A DNA stretch of 64,000 nucleotides from Candidatus Obscuribacteraceae bacterium. Its GTDB lineage: Bacteria > Cyanobacteriota > Vampirovibrionia > Obscuribacterales > Obscuribacteraceae. Numbering within the stretch: the first letter of the stretch is position 1; every line of letters begins with the position of its first letter. Below are positions 30,028 through 39,718 of this stretch, in pieces. The stretch is from assembly GCA_044226015.1 (NCBI GenBank), contig JBGAHS010000004.1:672001-736000 (forward strand), in the 5' to 3' direction. Under the pieces are notes generated by a model that was not told where the DNA came from, did not search any database, and saw only the letters and a list, made by a program, of their open reading frames with translations. The position numbers and the translations under genes were made by a program.

Positions 30028-30995
30028 TCCTCAAATTCAAGGCTCAGATCAACGTTTTTCACTGAGTGTGTAAGTGCACCTATCGAAATGCCGTTCACTC
30101 CAGGAATCAGATAATTGGATAAATTCTCCAGATTGATTCCGCCGGACACTTCTATATAACTTTTACCGTTGTTCAGGTTTACTGCTTCCATCACTTGTTC
30201 CGGGCTCATGTTGTCTAGCATGATCCTCTCTACTTCAAGGTCCAGAGCTTCTTTCAGCTGTTCTATGGTGTTTACTTCAACTTCGATTTGTACTTCTGGG
30301 TAGGCTAGCCTTGCTCTCTTGACGGCTGGTCTGACACCGCCTGCGATGGCGCGGTGATTGTCTTTTATTAGAATCATGTCGTAGAGACCGAAGCGATGGT
30401 TCGTGCCTCCCCCAGCTCTAACGGCAGCCTTTTCCAGAATTCTCAATCCGGGCGTAGTCTTCCGCGTATCAAGAATCTCTATGTCGAATGGCTTCGCCTT
30501 ATCGCTATAGTTTGCGGTCATGGTGGCAATTCCAGACATGCGCTGAATCAGATTCAGTGCTGTCCGCTCTGCTGCTAGTATGGCTCGAGCATTGCCTTCC
30601 ATGCGCGCAACGCAGTACGGAACATGTGTGATTCTCTCGCCTTCGCTGACTCTAGTTTCGAAAGCCAGGTCGGGGTCCAGCTGCTTCATTGCAAGTTCGA
30701 ATATCTTCAGTCCGGCAACTACGGCTGCTTCCTTCAATACAAGTGAAGCTGTGCATTTAGAGTCTTCGGGTACGATGGAGTTGCCTGTGATATCTCCAGT
30801 AGATATGTCTTCAGCGAATGCCATTTCAACAATTTTCTTTGCGGCTGCGATGAACTCCACTTGTTGTTCTGCTTTATGACTAGAGTTAGCAGAGGAGCCG
30901 AGTGAAGCATCCTTCAAAGTGCTTTTTTGCAGGTCTGTTGTTCGGATTGCATTGCTATCGGGGCTTTTTTCTCGGTTTTCTTTCTGCTTTGTCAT
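30024..30995 (-). CDS. nadC: quinolinate phosphoribosyltransferase
   Basis: ERTALN, SGIAT, DTRKTTPGLR, NHRFGL, IKDNH, EVE, MLDN and SGGI motifs. Confidence 0.96.
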   Translation of the reverse strand: MTKQKENREKSPDSNAIRTTDLQKSTLKDASLGSSANSSHKAEQQVEFIAAAKKIVEMAFAEDISTGDITGNSIVPEDSKCTASLVLKEAAVVAGLKIFELAMKQLDPDLAFETRVSEGERITHVPYCVARMEGNARAILAAERTALNLIQRMSGIATMTANYSDKAKPFDIEILDTRKTTPGLRILEKAAVRAGGGTNHRFGLYDMILIKDNHRAIAGGVRPAVKRARLAYPEVQIEVEVNTIEQLKEALDLEVERIMLDNMSPEQVMEAVNLNNGKSYIEVSGGINLENLSNYLIPGVNGISIGALTHSVKNVDLSLEFEE

Positions 30996-31172
30996 TTTTA
31001 CGTAGGTCCTGTTTTAGAGTAATCGTGAATCTGACGCTAATTGCATGATAGCACCAAATATTGAATTCCGCTAGATATACCAAATTACTAAACAATTTGG
31101 TGTCCGGAGCCTTGGACTAAAAGTTACAGTTACATTACTTCCTCGCTTATCGGCATGTAATTTTGACGACAG
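30986..31172. promoter_or_regulatory. candidate NrtR operators (GT-N7-AC) upstream of nadC
   Basis: GTCATTTTTAC 30991-31001, GTGAATCTGAC 31025-31035, GTTACAGTTAC 31123-31133, GTAATTTTGAC 31157-31167. Confidence 0.5.
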
Positions 31173-31462
31173 ATTGATTAAAGGAATCTCGTTTTCGCGA
31201 CAGGCATTACCGCTTGCAAACTGTTCTTGGTCGACAGTTATGAGCAAGCATTTAAGAGTTTTGTGGCGAAAACTGAACTGCTTGAAAAGTTCGATGATCC
31301 TGAAAGCGAAGCCGGTTAAGTCCCGCTTGGCATCATGTTTTGTGAAGGGCTGATAAAAACTTACTAAGTTTGAAAAATAATACTGTAATAATTAGCCAAT
31401 TGCGCTTACATTCTAATTAGATGATCAGCGTGTTAAGCGCATTCTAGATTGGGAGACCCGAT

Positions 31463-31750
31463 ATGTCCCGTCCGATTCTCAAGCATACAATTCCTGCTTT
31501 GCTGATATTGGGAGTAATTCCATTTTTCAGCCAGGAATCCTCTGCTTACGACCAGCAGGTTTACAACAACCTTATGAAGTCGAGAGATGCACTCGTCTCG
31601 CAGCAGCAAGAACTGCAGCAAGCCTATGACGCGACACAGAAACAGATTGATGGTTTGAACGCTAAGTTGACTCGAATTGATGCTTACTTGAAACAAGTAA
31701 ATAGCTCATTGAAGGATGTGGATACTGCTTTGCTCTATGCGAAGCAATAG
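31463..31750 (+). CDS. small secreted coiled-coil protein
   Basis: GGGAG ribosome-binding site, signal peptide, heptad pattern. Confidence 0.75.
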   Translation: MSRPILKHTIPALLILGVIPFFSQESSAYDQQVYNNLMKSRDALVSQQQELQQAYDATQKQIDGLNAKLTRIDAYLKQVNSSLKDVDTALLYAKQ

Positions 31751-32378
31751 ACCGGGCTGCCCGGCTCGGCACTATTATTTGGAGGGGGACGTGATGCGCA
31801 GGTTATTGAATTTTGGACTAGGAAGCACGTTGGTGTTGGCTGCGCTTTGCAGTCCACTAACATTGGCTGCTGAGCCTTCAGCAGAATCGAACTCTATCCC
31901 TTCCAAGTCGCAGGAGGAAACGAGCCTTGGTGCTGCAACCCCAGAAGTTGTAGTGGACTGTATTGAGCCGCATCTTTGTTGTGCTGAATCTGGCAAGGTG
32001 CTTGAAACCTTGCAGACAATGGTGAAAGCAATAAACAATCATGATTGGAAGACCTACGAAAATTATTTAGACGACCATTGCACCACTTTCGACGAAAACA
32101 CCAAGAAGTTAATTGCCGGAAAAGAAAATGTCGTCGCAGACATGCGCGACAAAGTTGAAAAATATGCCAAAGCCGGAGCCCCGTTCCTGCACGTCACTAT
32201 CGATCACCCCTATGCCAAGGTAATCAGTGCAGATACAGCTATCGTCAATTTGGTCGCAATTCGTGAGTATGGTGGCAAGCATCCATTCAAAGAAGAGTGC
32301 AAAGTCACGGATATCTTTGTGAAGCATGGTGATACCTGGAAGAAATGCCATTTCAGAGGTACCTGGAAGCGGGTTTAA
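31716..32378 (+). CDS. secreted NTF2-like (SnoaL/DUF4440-type) protein (start probably 31791-31794)
   Basis: GGAGGGGG before GTG/ATG; AINNHDW...YLDD...TDIFVKHGDTWK NTF2 pattern. Confidence 0.75.
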   Translation: MWILLCSMRSNRPGCPARHYYLEGDVMRRLLNFGLGSTLVLAALCSPLTLAAEPSAESNSIPSKSQEETSLGAATPEVVVDCIEPHLCCAESGKVLETLQTMVKAINNHDWKTYENYLDDHCTTFDENTKKLIAGKENVVADMRDKVEKYAKAGAPFLHVTIDHPYAKVISADTAIVNLVAIREYGGKHPFKEECKVTDIFVKHGDTWKKCHFRGTWKRV

Positions 32379-32382
32379 TTGA

Positions 32383-32517
32383 ATGCCCGAAGGCAAAAAG
32401 TCCAAGTTCGATAAAGAAGAGCGAAAGCTGCAAATTTATTTCGGCTTGGGTATTGCCTTCGTTGTTTTGGGATTACTGACCTTTGTGATTTTAGTAATTA
32501 AAGACTTGCATCACTAG
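32383..32517 (+). CDS. 44-aa single-pass membrane protein (below the ORF-track cutoff)
   Basis: MPEGKKSKFDKEERKLQIYFGLGIAFVVLGLLTFVILVIKDLHH; starts 4 bp after the upstream stop. Confidence 0.6.
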   Translation: MPEGKKSKFDKEERKLQIYFGLGIAFVVLGLLTFVILVIKDLHH

Positions 32518-32582
32518 TTGCACGGCTTCGATGCTCTGCTTTTCTTTTCTGGTCTCGGCTCTTTGGACCGGCCTCTTCTGAC

Positions 32583-33010
32583 TAGCAGCGCAAGCGGTAC
32601 CGTTTCGGTCAGCAACGCAAGCGGTACCGTTTCAGCTTAGCAGCGCAAGCGGTACCGTTTCGGTCAGCAACGCAAGCGGTACCGTTTCGGCTAACAACGC
32701 AAGCGGTACCGTTTCGGTCAGCAACGCAAGCGGTACCGTTTCGGCTTAGCAACTCAAGCGGTACCGTTTCGGCTTAGCAACTCAAGCGGTACCGTTTCGG
32801 TCAGCAACGCAAGCGGTACCGTTTCGGCTTAGCAACTCAAGCGGTACCGTTTCAGCTTAGCAACTCAAGCGGTACCGTTTCGGCTTAGCAACTCAAGCGG
32901 TACCGTTTCGGTTTAGCAACTCAAGCGGTACCGTTTCGGTTTAGCAACTCAAGCGGTACCGTTTCGGTTTAGCAACTCAAGCGGTACCGTTTCGGCTAAC
33001 AACTCAAGCG
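32583..33010. repeat. CGGTACCG-family tandem array, 27-28-bp units, about 15 copies
   Basis: Unit AGCAAC(T/G)CAAGCGGTACCGTTTCGG(T/C).., the reverse complement of the 27.1-kb unit; between convergent genes. Confidence 0.95.
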
Positions 33011-33024
33011 CCATTACTCGCCCT

Positions 33025-33900
33025 CTAACCTTGGGCAGTTTTCGATCCTGGTGGTGGCGGTGTTGGAATATCTTCGGGAATCGTCGCAACAAACTCAGGA
33101 TGCAGCCCAACAATTTCCACTAAGATATCATCGCGTTCTTTTTTGCTTACCTGTCTTTGTTGAAGGCCTAGATGATCGACTTCTGCCCTTTGTCCAAAGC
33201 ACATTCCGATCATTCGGTCATCAAATGCTCGACGAGAGTTCAGCTCAAAATTGAATGGACTCCAGTCTCTCGTTCTTTCATGATAATCTAAGAACTCTCC
33301 TTCCTTCGCAGGAAAGTAATCAACTCTGCAATCCAATAAGTCCTGCCGATGCATAGGAATCCAGTTGATATGCCATTTATGGTCCACCAATTTTAGTTCC
33401 TTGACCCATGGTACTGTGCTTGGTGGCAATAACGCATCGTTCAAAAGTATTGGTTCGACATGCAAGATTGACGCGTCGACCAAGTAATTTTCATCTGAGA
33501 GTCTCACCACTACTGTTCCATGATTTGGTGGCAGATGTGGTGCTACTAACATAGTAGCTACTCCGCGAACGGCATCAAAGCCCAGTTCTCTTAATAGTAA
33601 TTGCAGCGCACCATTGCCAGCCCAGCAAGTTCCACCGGTTCCCCATTTCAGCCAGCTTTCGAAGAAATCAATTTCATCGCTACCGGGGAGTGGTTCAGAA
33701 CTTTTCCGGTGACGATGAATTAGTTTTCTTGAGTTATCGAATGGAACCCCTTTGCTCCAGGCTCGATATACCTGTTTCAATCCCGGAAGGTCGGTAGCAG
33801 GCACATTTGTCAATCCAAGCATTAAAAGGATTCGCTCAAGGAGGTCTCTAGTAATTTTGTTTTCGTGCGCCTGCAATGTTTCTGCCTCATTATTTTGCAA
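33025..33900 (-). CDS. arylamine N-acetyltransferase family protein
   Basis: VPFDN, GGTC (Cys), NHGTVVV (His) and YLVDA (Asp) catalytic triad pattern. Confidence 0.85.
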   Translation of the reverse strand: MQNNEAETLQAHENKITRDLLERILLMLGLTNVPATDLPGLKQVYRAWSKGVPFDNSRKLIHRHRKSSEPLPGSDEIDFFESWLKWGTGGTCWAGNGALQLLLRELGFDAVRGVATMLVAPHLPPNHGTVVVRLSDENYLVDASILHVEPILLNDALLPPSTVPWVKELKLVDHKWHINWIPMHRQDLLDCRVDYFPAKEGEFLDYHERTRDWSPFNFELNSRRAFDDRMIGMCFGQRAEVDHLGLQQRQVSKKERDDILVEIVGLHPEFVATIPEDIPTPPPPGSKTAQG

Positions 33901-33945
33901 AATCTGTATCTGTTTTAAACGCTACTCTGACAAGATTTCTTACGC

Positions 33946-34056
33946 AACCCCTGGACTGAATTGCGAAATTTGGACTGAATTTTGAACCCTGGACTGAATT
34001 GCGAAACTTGGACTGAATTGCGAACCCTGGACTGAGTTGCGAAACCTGGACAGAAT
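33946..34056. repeat. 19-bp tandem repeat GGACTGAATTGCGAA(A/C)C(C/T)T, about 5.5 copies
   Basis: Directly visible. Confidence 0.9.
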
Positions 34057-34213
34057 AATGCTCTAGCGAACTGCCTTTTGCGAAAACCATCTGCCTAACT
34101 GCCTTTCGCGAAATCTGTCAATTCGCTGAGAATCACTAATGGTGCTCAGTTTGCGCACTATTGCTGGTCATTATTTCTAGAATTCCGATTCGCACTATCG
34201 CTGGTCATTATTT

Positions 34214-35479
34214 CTAGAATCCTGATTCGCCCTCTTTTTGAGGCTTCTTTTCAGGTGTTGCCGTCATCTCTGGAATACTCGTTGGAGCAGTTCCAGTTAA
34301 ATCAGTGAATGTTTTTGCAATCATCTCCTGCGGGCGTTGACGTTTGAATTCACTTACAGCATAAGACGCTTCCGAAACTTTGCTCTGCATCGACAGCGCT
34401 TTCGCTAGATGCAACCAGTCGATAACACAGCTGGGGCAAGATTGAAGTACCTCGCGAAAATGAGTCGCGGCAGAGTCGTAGTCTCCCATCGCCATCTCAA
34501 TCAGACCAATTTCTCGCAAGATGTAATAGTCCTTGTTCGCATTGAATTGTGCTTGTTTGGCTGCAGAAAGTGCTGCCTCTGCTCCCTTGAGATTTCCGCT
34601 GCTGTTCTTCTTTTTGAGATCCACAGGCTTTTGATTTGCTCTGGCTTGCAAAAATTTGCCTGTGTCAAAGTTGTCGAATAAAAATGGATCCCAATTGAAA
34701 TTGTGCTGCGCCGGATACCCGATTGCAGTCATAGGTCGCAGTGATGGACGTTTATTTGATGCTGCTTTCTGCCACGCTGCTAGGTGTTTCTGCGCCGCGC
34801 TCGTGTCTCCCTGGAGATAATCGAGTTTAGAGAGAAGCAGTAAGACTGGATAATATGACTTGATTGTTTCTGCGTGCTCCGCTGCTCTGCGCGCCGAATT
34901 TAAATTACCCGCCAGGTAGTTGAGTACAGCCAAGCCATGATAAGCAAGCTGCGAGCCAGTTCTTGATTTGATAAGCAAACGAAAGTATTCGTCGGCTTTT
35001 GCAAAATCACCTTTTCGCATATAGGCAAATGCGATATCTCCATTAATTTCAGTGATTCTGCTGTCGCGCTCAAGCGCTTTTGTCCATGATGCGATCGCCG
35101 CATCGTAGTCATGCTGAAGGTAATAAGCAAAGCCTGTCGTAATCAGTATTTCAGCTGTTTTCTCTAACTGGTAGGCGCGCTTCAATACGTCCAGCGCTTC
35201 GCCGTACTTACCTTGTCGAACATAGACAAGACCCAGTGTCGCTGCCGAAGTGGCATCGGTGGGATCCGACTCAGTAGCCTCAATTAGCAAGGTGGAGGCT
35301 TTGTCGTAAAACCCTTTGTTCATGTTGGTGATTGCTGCTGATAACAATCTTTGCGACTTCTCTCGTTGATTAGTGTTCCATGATTGCAAATGACCTTGAG
35401 CAAAAACGGGAATGCCACCACTCAAAATAAGCAATGACATAGTTACAGTTAGTATTCTTGATGCTTTCTGGATGGTCAT
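34214..35479 (-). CDS. secreted TPR-repeat protein
   Basis: Signal peptide; repeated LG..Y..QG.Y..A TPR units. Confidence 0.88.
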   Translation of the reverse strand: MTIQKASRILTVTMSLLILSGGIPVFAQGHLQSWNTNQREKSQRLLSAAITNMNKGFYDKASTLLIEATESDPTDATSAATLGLVYVRQGKYGEALDVLKRAYQLEKTAEILITTGFAYYLQHDYDAAIASWTKALERDSRITEINGDIAFAYMRKGDFAKADEYFRLLIKSRTGSQLAYHGLAVLNYLAGNLNSARRAAEHAETIKSYYPVLLLLSKLDYLQGDTSAAQKHLAAWQKAASNKRPSLRPMTAIGYPAQHNFNWDPFLFDNFDTGKFLQARANQKPVDLKKKNSSGNLKGAEAALSAAKQAQFNANKDYYILREIGLIEMAMGDYDSAATHFREVLQSCPSCVIDWLHLAKALSMQSKVSEASYAVSEFKRQRPQEMIAKTFTDLTGTAPTSIPEMTATPEKKPQKEGESGF

Positions 35480-35490
35480 ATCTTTCTCGG

Positions 35491-36168
35491 TTAAAACACA
35501 AAAACGGGACGATCAGGTAATTTTTCAAAATCTTGTTCTGAGAAGCTGTAGAGCCTCGCAGGGCGATACGAGCCTTCCTGGCTTGTTTCGTTTAACTCTT
35601 GCAGCACTCCTGAGCTGAGGAACTTTTTGCGAAAGTTCCTATTGTCGACGGGTTTGCCGAGAATTGCTTCGTAAACCGTTTGCAAATCGCGGAGAGTGAA
35701 CTTTTGCGGAAGCAACTTGAATGCCGCTGGTGAATACTCAACTTTGTATTTTAATCGCTGATAACCGTAACTCACAATATGTGTATGGTCGAAGGCTAGT
35801 TGCGGTAGTTCAGCGATTGGCCACCACGCAACGCCAGAAGCATCAGTGCTCGCTCTCAGTTCCAGTCCCTCCTGGCGTAGCAATGCCAGATATGCGACCG
35901 TGACTACGCGACCTCTTGGGTCTCTTCCTTGATCTCCAAAAGTGTACAACTGCTCTAAGTAGACGTTGGAAACGTTAGTCTCCTCGTACAGTTCTCTCGT
36001 AGCAGCATCATCAAGGCTTTTGTCGCTGTCGAGTACGAAGCCACCAGGTAATGCCCAAAATGACTTAAATGGCTCATATTTACGCTTTACGAGAAGCACT
36101 TCTAGATTTCCCTGGGCCACAGCAAAGGCCAGAGTATCAACAGTTATCTTTACGTTTTCAGAAGGCAT
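35491..36168 (-). CDS. nrtR: NrtR-type Nudix-related transcriptional regulator (Nudix plus winged HTH)
   Basis: WALPGGFV...RELYEET Nudix box, RDPRGR, LAFDH, FTLRDLQTVYE, NFRKK and RPARLY motifs. Confidence 0.88.
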   Translation of the reverse strand: MPSENVKITVDTLAFAVAQGNLEVLLVKRKYEPFKSFWALPGGFVLDSDKSLDDAATRELYEETNVSNVYLEQLYTFGDQGRDPRGRVVTVAYLALLRQEGLELRASTDASGVAWWPIAELPQLAFDHTHIVSYGYQRLKYKVEYSPAAFKLLPQKFTLRDLQTVYEAILGKPVDNRNFRKKFLSSGVLQELNETSQEGSYRPARLYSFSEQDFEKLPDRPVFVF

Positions 36169-36609
36169 TTGAAGAAATGGGCTTTCTTTTACCAGGGGGA
36201 ATTTGAATTCTGTGTATTGCTTTCGACAGACTTAGTTCAAATGTGAGAGTTATTCTAGCCAGTTTCGTATGGTTTGGAAATGATAGAAGTCCCATGATTC
36301 TCGAAATGAACGTATTGTCTACGTTATACCCGCGACTGGAACTGTAGCCGCTTTGTAGCCAGATTAAATCGCTACAGCGAAAAAGCTATTGATTATGACT
36401 TTTCTCTATCTCAAGTAATACTGGATAGGTGCTTTTGGACTCCAGTGCTTATGCGCGAATTTCACGAAATTGCCCCAATCTTCTAACTTGTCAACATGGT
36501 TTTTCGGAATTATTGTAATTGTGACGTCTTGTCGACTTACTAATGTTCAATTACAAACGAATTTCTAAATTCCAACTACAACCGACTTACTAGTTTCCAA
36601 ATACAAGCG

Positions 36610-37101
36610 GTGACTCATATGCGCCTGAAAGTGCTTCTTTTGCCTATTGCTGTGCTTTTTTCTCTCTTACCAGCGTCTGCAGATGAGAGAGTAGGTCTTC
36701 CGCCTTGTCGGACCAGTGTCTATATGGGTCAACCAGGAGATGGCATACGTTCAGACCTGGGAAACTCCATCTACGGGCAACGTGTTGTTCGTAGCGGAGC
36801 GCCTCAGATGGGTTTGCCTACTTGTAGAAACAGCGCTTACATGGGACAACCTGGCGATGGCATCAGGTCTGATCTCGGTAACAGCATCCAGGGTGGGCGA
36901 ACTCAGCAACAGGCACCGCGGGTGGGGCTACCTGCCTGTAGAAATAGCGCTTACATGGGACAACCGGGTGACAGTATCAGGAGTGATCTGGGAAGGCAGA
37001 TTTCTGGGCAGTCGGTGCAACGACGGGTCCAAGCGATGCGACCGGCGGCTCAAACGAACTCTTATTCATATGCGTACACTTACGCCGACTACAGGCGCTA
37101 G
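36610..37101 (+). CDS. secreted protein with three ~40-aa internal repeats
   Basis: Signal peptide, then three GLPxCRxSxYMGQPGDxIRSDLG units. Confidence 0.8.
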   Translation: MTHMRLKVLLLPIAVLFSLLPASADERVGLPPCRTSVYMGQPGDGIRSDLGNSIYGQRVVRSGAPQMGLPTCRNSAYMGQPGDGIRSDLGNSIQGGRTQQQAPRVGLPACRNSAYMGQPGDSIRSDLGRQISGQSVQRRVQAMRPAAQTNSYSYAYTYADYRR

Positions 37102-37319
37102 TGCAGGATCACTGGGTTTACTAACCGGATGTAATAGAGCCTCTCTCTAGCTGATAGCTTGAGCGGATGCCGCACTGCTTCTCTCTATCTTATAGCTTCT
37201 CGCTGGACTCCGCGGTGCTTGTAGCTTGAGTTGCTGCTTCTTGCTAGCCAAAAGCTTGCGCAGAATTTGGTAAATCAATTATAGCTTTGAGCTGGATCCG
37301 GTAATGCGGCATATAGACC

Positions 37320-38705
37320 TTGAGCACTGCGCAAGTTATAGTAAACTTTATCTCGCGTCAATCAGGTGTTAATCACGTGTGCATTAAAGAAGCCTGCCGT
37401 TTCCCCGCTTCACTATCGTTACTCAGCATCACCTTCTTGCTAGCAGCCCTGGTATTCGATAGCTCCAGTACTTACTCTAAGGACTTGTCCCAGCAGGTTA
37501 CTTCGTACAAAGATCAGGATAAAGTGGTTGCCAAAAACGCAATCGATAAGAAGCTTTGGTTCAAGTTTAAGGGGAAGCCGAAATTTATATTGGGAACGAA
37601 CTTTCCCTGGTATAACGGTTATCGCAGCCTCGATTTTGGGACATTGAAAGGCACACGCACCATTTCGACTGTAGCCAGTATTGATGGCAAAGATCTTCAG
37701 TCTCCAGCAGAGGCGATTTTGCCCGGTGCCACCGGATTTGATGCCGAAGGAATAGAAGCTCAACTGGCAGACATGGAGAAAATGCAAATCCACGTTCTTC
37801 GCTGGTTCTTTGGCGGAGATGGGCGCAGCTTCATGAATTTCGATAACGATGGCAACTGCACGGGTATAGATGAGTCAACATTGAAGAATGTTGAAACAGC
37901 ACTCGCGGCAGCAAAACGTCATCATGTCTATGTGACTCCATGTCTGCTTGATTTTCGATTTATTTCTGGAGACAAGTTCGTTAGATTTGCCGATGGCAAG
38001 CCGGCTCCATACTTGGCTAACGTGATTCGAGATCCTGCGAAACGTCATCAGCTGATAGACAAATTTATAAAACCTCTTGCCGCTAAGTTCGCAGACGAGG
38101 ACATTATTTTGTATTGGGAAGTCATGAATGAGTGTGCAAACGTTGTTAATGGAACGGACAGTGTAACGGGCTTCTCATTGCACGGTGGTGAGAGAAGGGC
38201 TAGAGACAAAAGTGTAAGCCCTGAACAAATGCAATCATTCCTCAACGAAGCTTATGATGCTATCAAAAGTGTTGATAAGCATCATCCAGTAATGCCCTCT
38301 GGTCTCGCTCGACCAGGGCAGCTTCCCCTAATTATTGGACGAGTAAAAGCCGATCTGTACGGGGCTCATTACAATGATAATGGCTCGGAGTTCCGTGAAA
38401 TAAAATCGATTGATGAACTAAATCAGGACTTGAAGCAATACAAGATCACCATTGATAAACCGCTGATCATGACAGAGGGGTCATCGACTCTGCGAACAAA
38501 AATGGACGAATATATTCGTGCTGCGTACAACGGTGGATGGGCTGGTGTTCTTCCCTGGCAGTATTACAAAACTGTTGGACTCAACGACTTCATCCGCTAC
38601 AAAAAGCATGTAACATCTGCTGATGGAAATCCGAATTCAAAAGGCAATATCGAGTTCTACAAACAATTTGCTAAGGAGCACAAAAACGACGTCTCTCTTG
38701 ATTAA
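37320..38705 (+). CDS. GH5-like (clan GH-A) glycoside hydrolase, secreted
   Basis: GTNFPW...DFG, VLRWF, WEVMNE (acid/base), HY and PLIMTE (nucleophile) motifs. Confidence 0.75.
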   Translation: MSTAQVIVNFISRQSGVNHVCIKEACRFPASLSLLSITFLLAALVFDSSSTYSKDLSQQVTSYKDQDKVVAKNAIDKKLWFKFKGKPKFILGTNFPWYNGYRSLDFGTLKGTRTISTVASIDGKDLQSPAEAILPGATGFDAEGIEAQLADMEKMQIHVLRWFFGGDGRSFMNFDNDGNCTGIDESTLKNVETALAAAKRHHVYVTPCLLDFRFISGDKFVRFADGKPAPYLANVIRDPAKRHQLIDKFIKPLAAKFADEDIILYWEVMNECANVVNGTDSVTGFSLHGGERRARDKSVSPEQMQSFLNEAYDAIKSVDKHHPVMPSGLARPGQLPLIIGRVKADLYGAHYNDNGSEFREIKSIDELNQDLKQYKITIDKPLIMTEGSSTLRTKMDEYIRAAYNGGWAGVLPWQYYKTVGLNDFIRYKKHVTSADGNPNSKGNIEFYKQFAKEHKNDVSLD

Positions 38706-38713
38706 CGAGATCA

Positions 38714-39682
38714 TCACTGCGGCAGCACATCGCCCATAACAAATTTCATGCCGCGTGAATAGTATTGCGGTGGTGGCGCTTCGTGCGGACCATCAATCTC
38801 GTCTAGGTGATTGACTACGCCCTTTTCCCTTAATGCTTCAACTATACTTCGCTGAAGATTTGGCGGCACAACTCGGTCGTTCTTTGCTGATAGAACGTAG
38901 ACTCTTACTTTTGGAGCAAGGCTATCGATGTTGTACAGAAAGCTCTTCTTGTGAAACGTTGATGCGACTTGATCTGGTGTGCCACCATAAGCAATCATCA
39001 TCGCTTGCTTAACTGAATCAGCTCCCGTTTCTTTGAACAACTGCGCAAGGTCCCCAGCACCTTCAATGCATATGACACCAGTTACCTTCTCCTTAATGTC
39101 CTGCGGAGCCGTCGCTGCAAAGTTCAGTGAAACACAGGCACCCATCGATGTTCCCATCAGAACTATAGATTGAAATGGATACTTCTGTGATACTTCCCGA
39201 ATGTTCTGGCAAAGGTCCTCAATTGCTTGATCATTTCCCCATGATGCTTCTTTTCTGTAGCTAACAGAAAGTACCCCCACCTTCGGATTCTCTCTGGTAA
39301 TTGCGGACGCCATGCTCTGGCTAGCTGGGGTCACGAAAGGCTCCATTTGATTAGAGCCCATTCCGTGCAAGTAGACCACTAATGTGTAATCAAGCGCTCC
39401 TGGAGTGAATTGGGGTGCCTGGAACGCATAAGAATCTATCAATCCATCGACCTTGCTGACGAAATTCTGTTTTTGCACCGGGTCGCCTGGCGCAGATTGA
39501 TTTATTTGATTCATGACACCGGCGCTTTGCACTACAGCCAGGCTTCGCTCTAGCTGAGCCTTTTCTTTTCTTGCGCTACGATAATGCCCATGCTCACTCA
39601 GAAACAAAATGAAGAAGACTATGCCTGCAGCATTTAGCAGAAGCGAAAGAACAAGGATGATGACTAGAATTGGGTTTTTCAA
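38714..39682 (-). CDS. membrane-anchored alpha/beta hydrolase
   Basis: VYLHG, GTSMG nucleophile elbow, D-RVVP and GPH motifs. Confidence 0.88.
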   Translation of the reverse strand: MKNPILVIILVLSLLLNAAGIVFFILFLSEHGHYRSARKEKAQLERSLAVVQSAGVMNQINQSAPGDPVQKQNFVSKVDGLIDSYAFQAPQFTPGALDYTLVVYLHGMGSNQMEPFVTPASQSMASAITRENPKVGVLSVSYRKEASWGNDQAIEDLCQNIREVSQKYPFQSIVLMGTSMGACVSLNFAATAPQDIKEKVTGVICIEGAGDLAQLFKETGADSVKQAMMIAYGGTPDQVASTFHKKSFLYNIDSLAPKVRVYVLSAKNDRVVPPNLQRSIVEALREKGVVNHLDEIDGPHEAPPPQYYSRGMKFVMGDVLPQ

Positions 39683-39718
39683 GAGGGACTCTTTTGAGCG
39701 AATCTAATATCTCACGCA

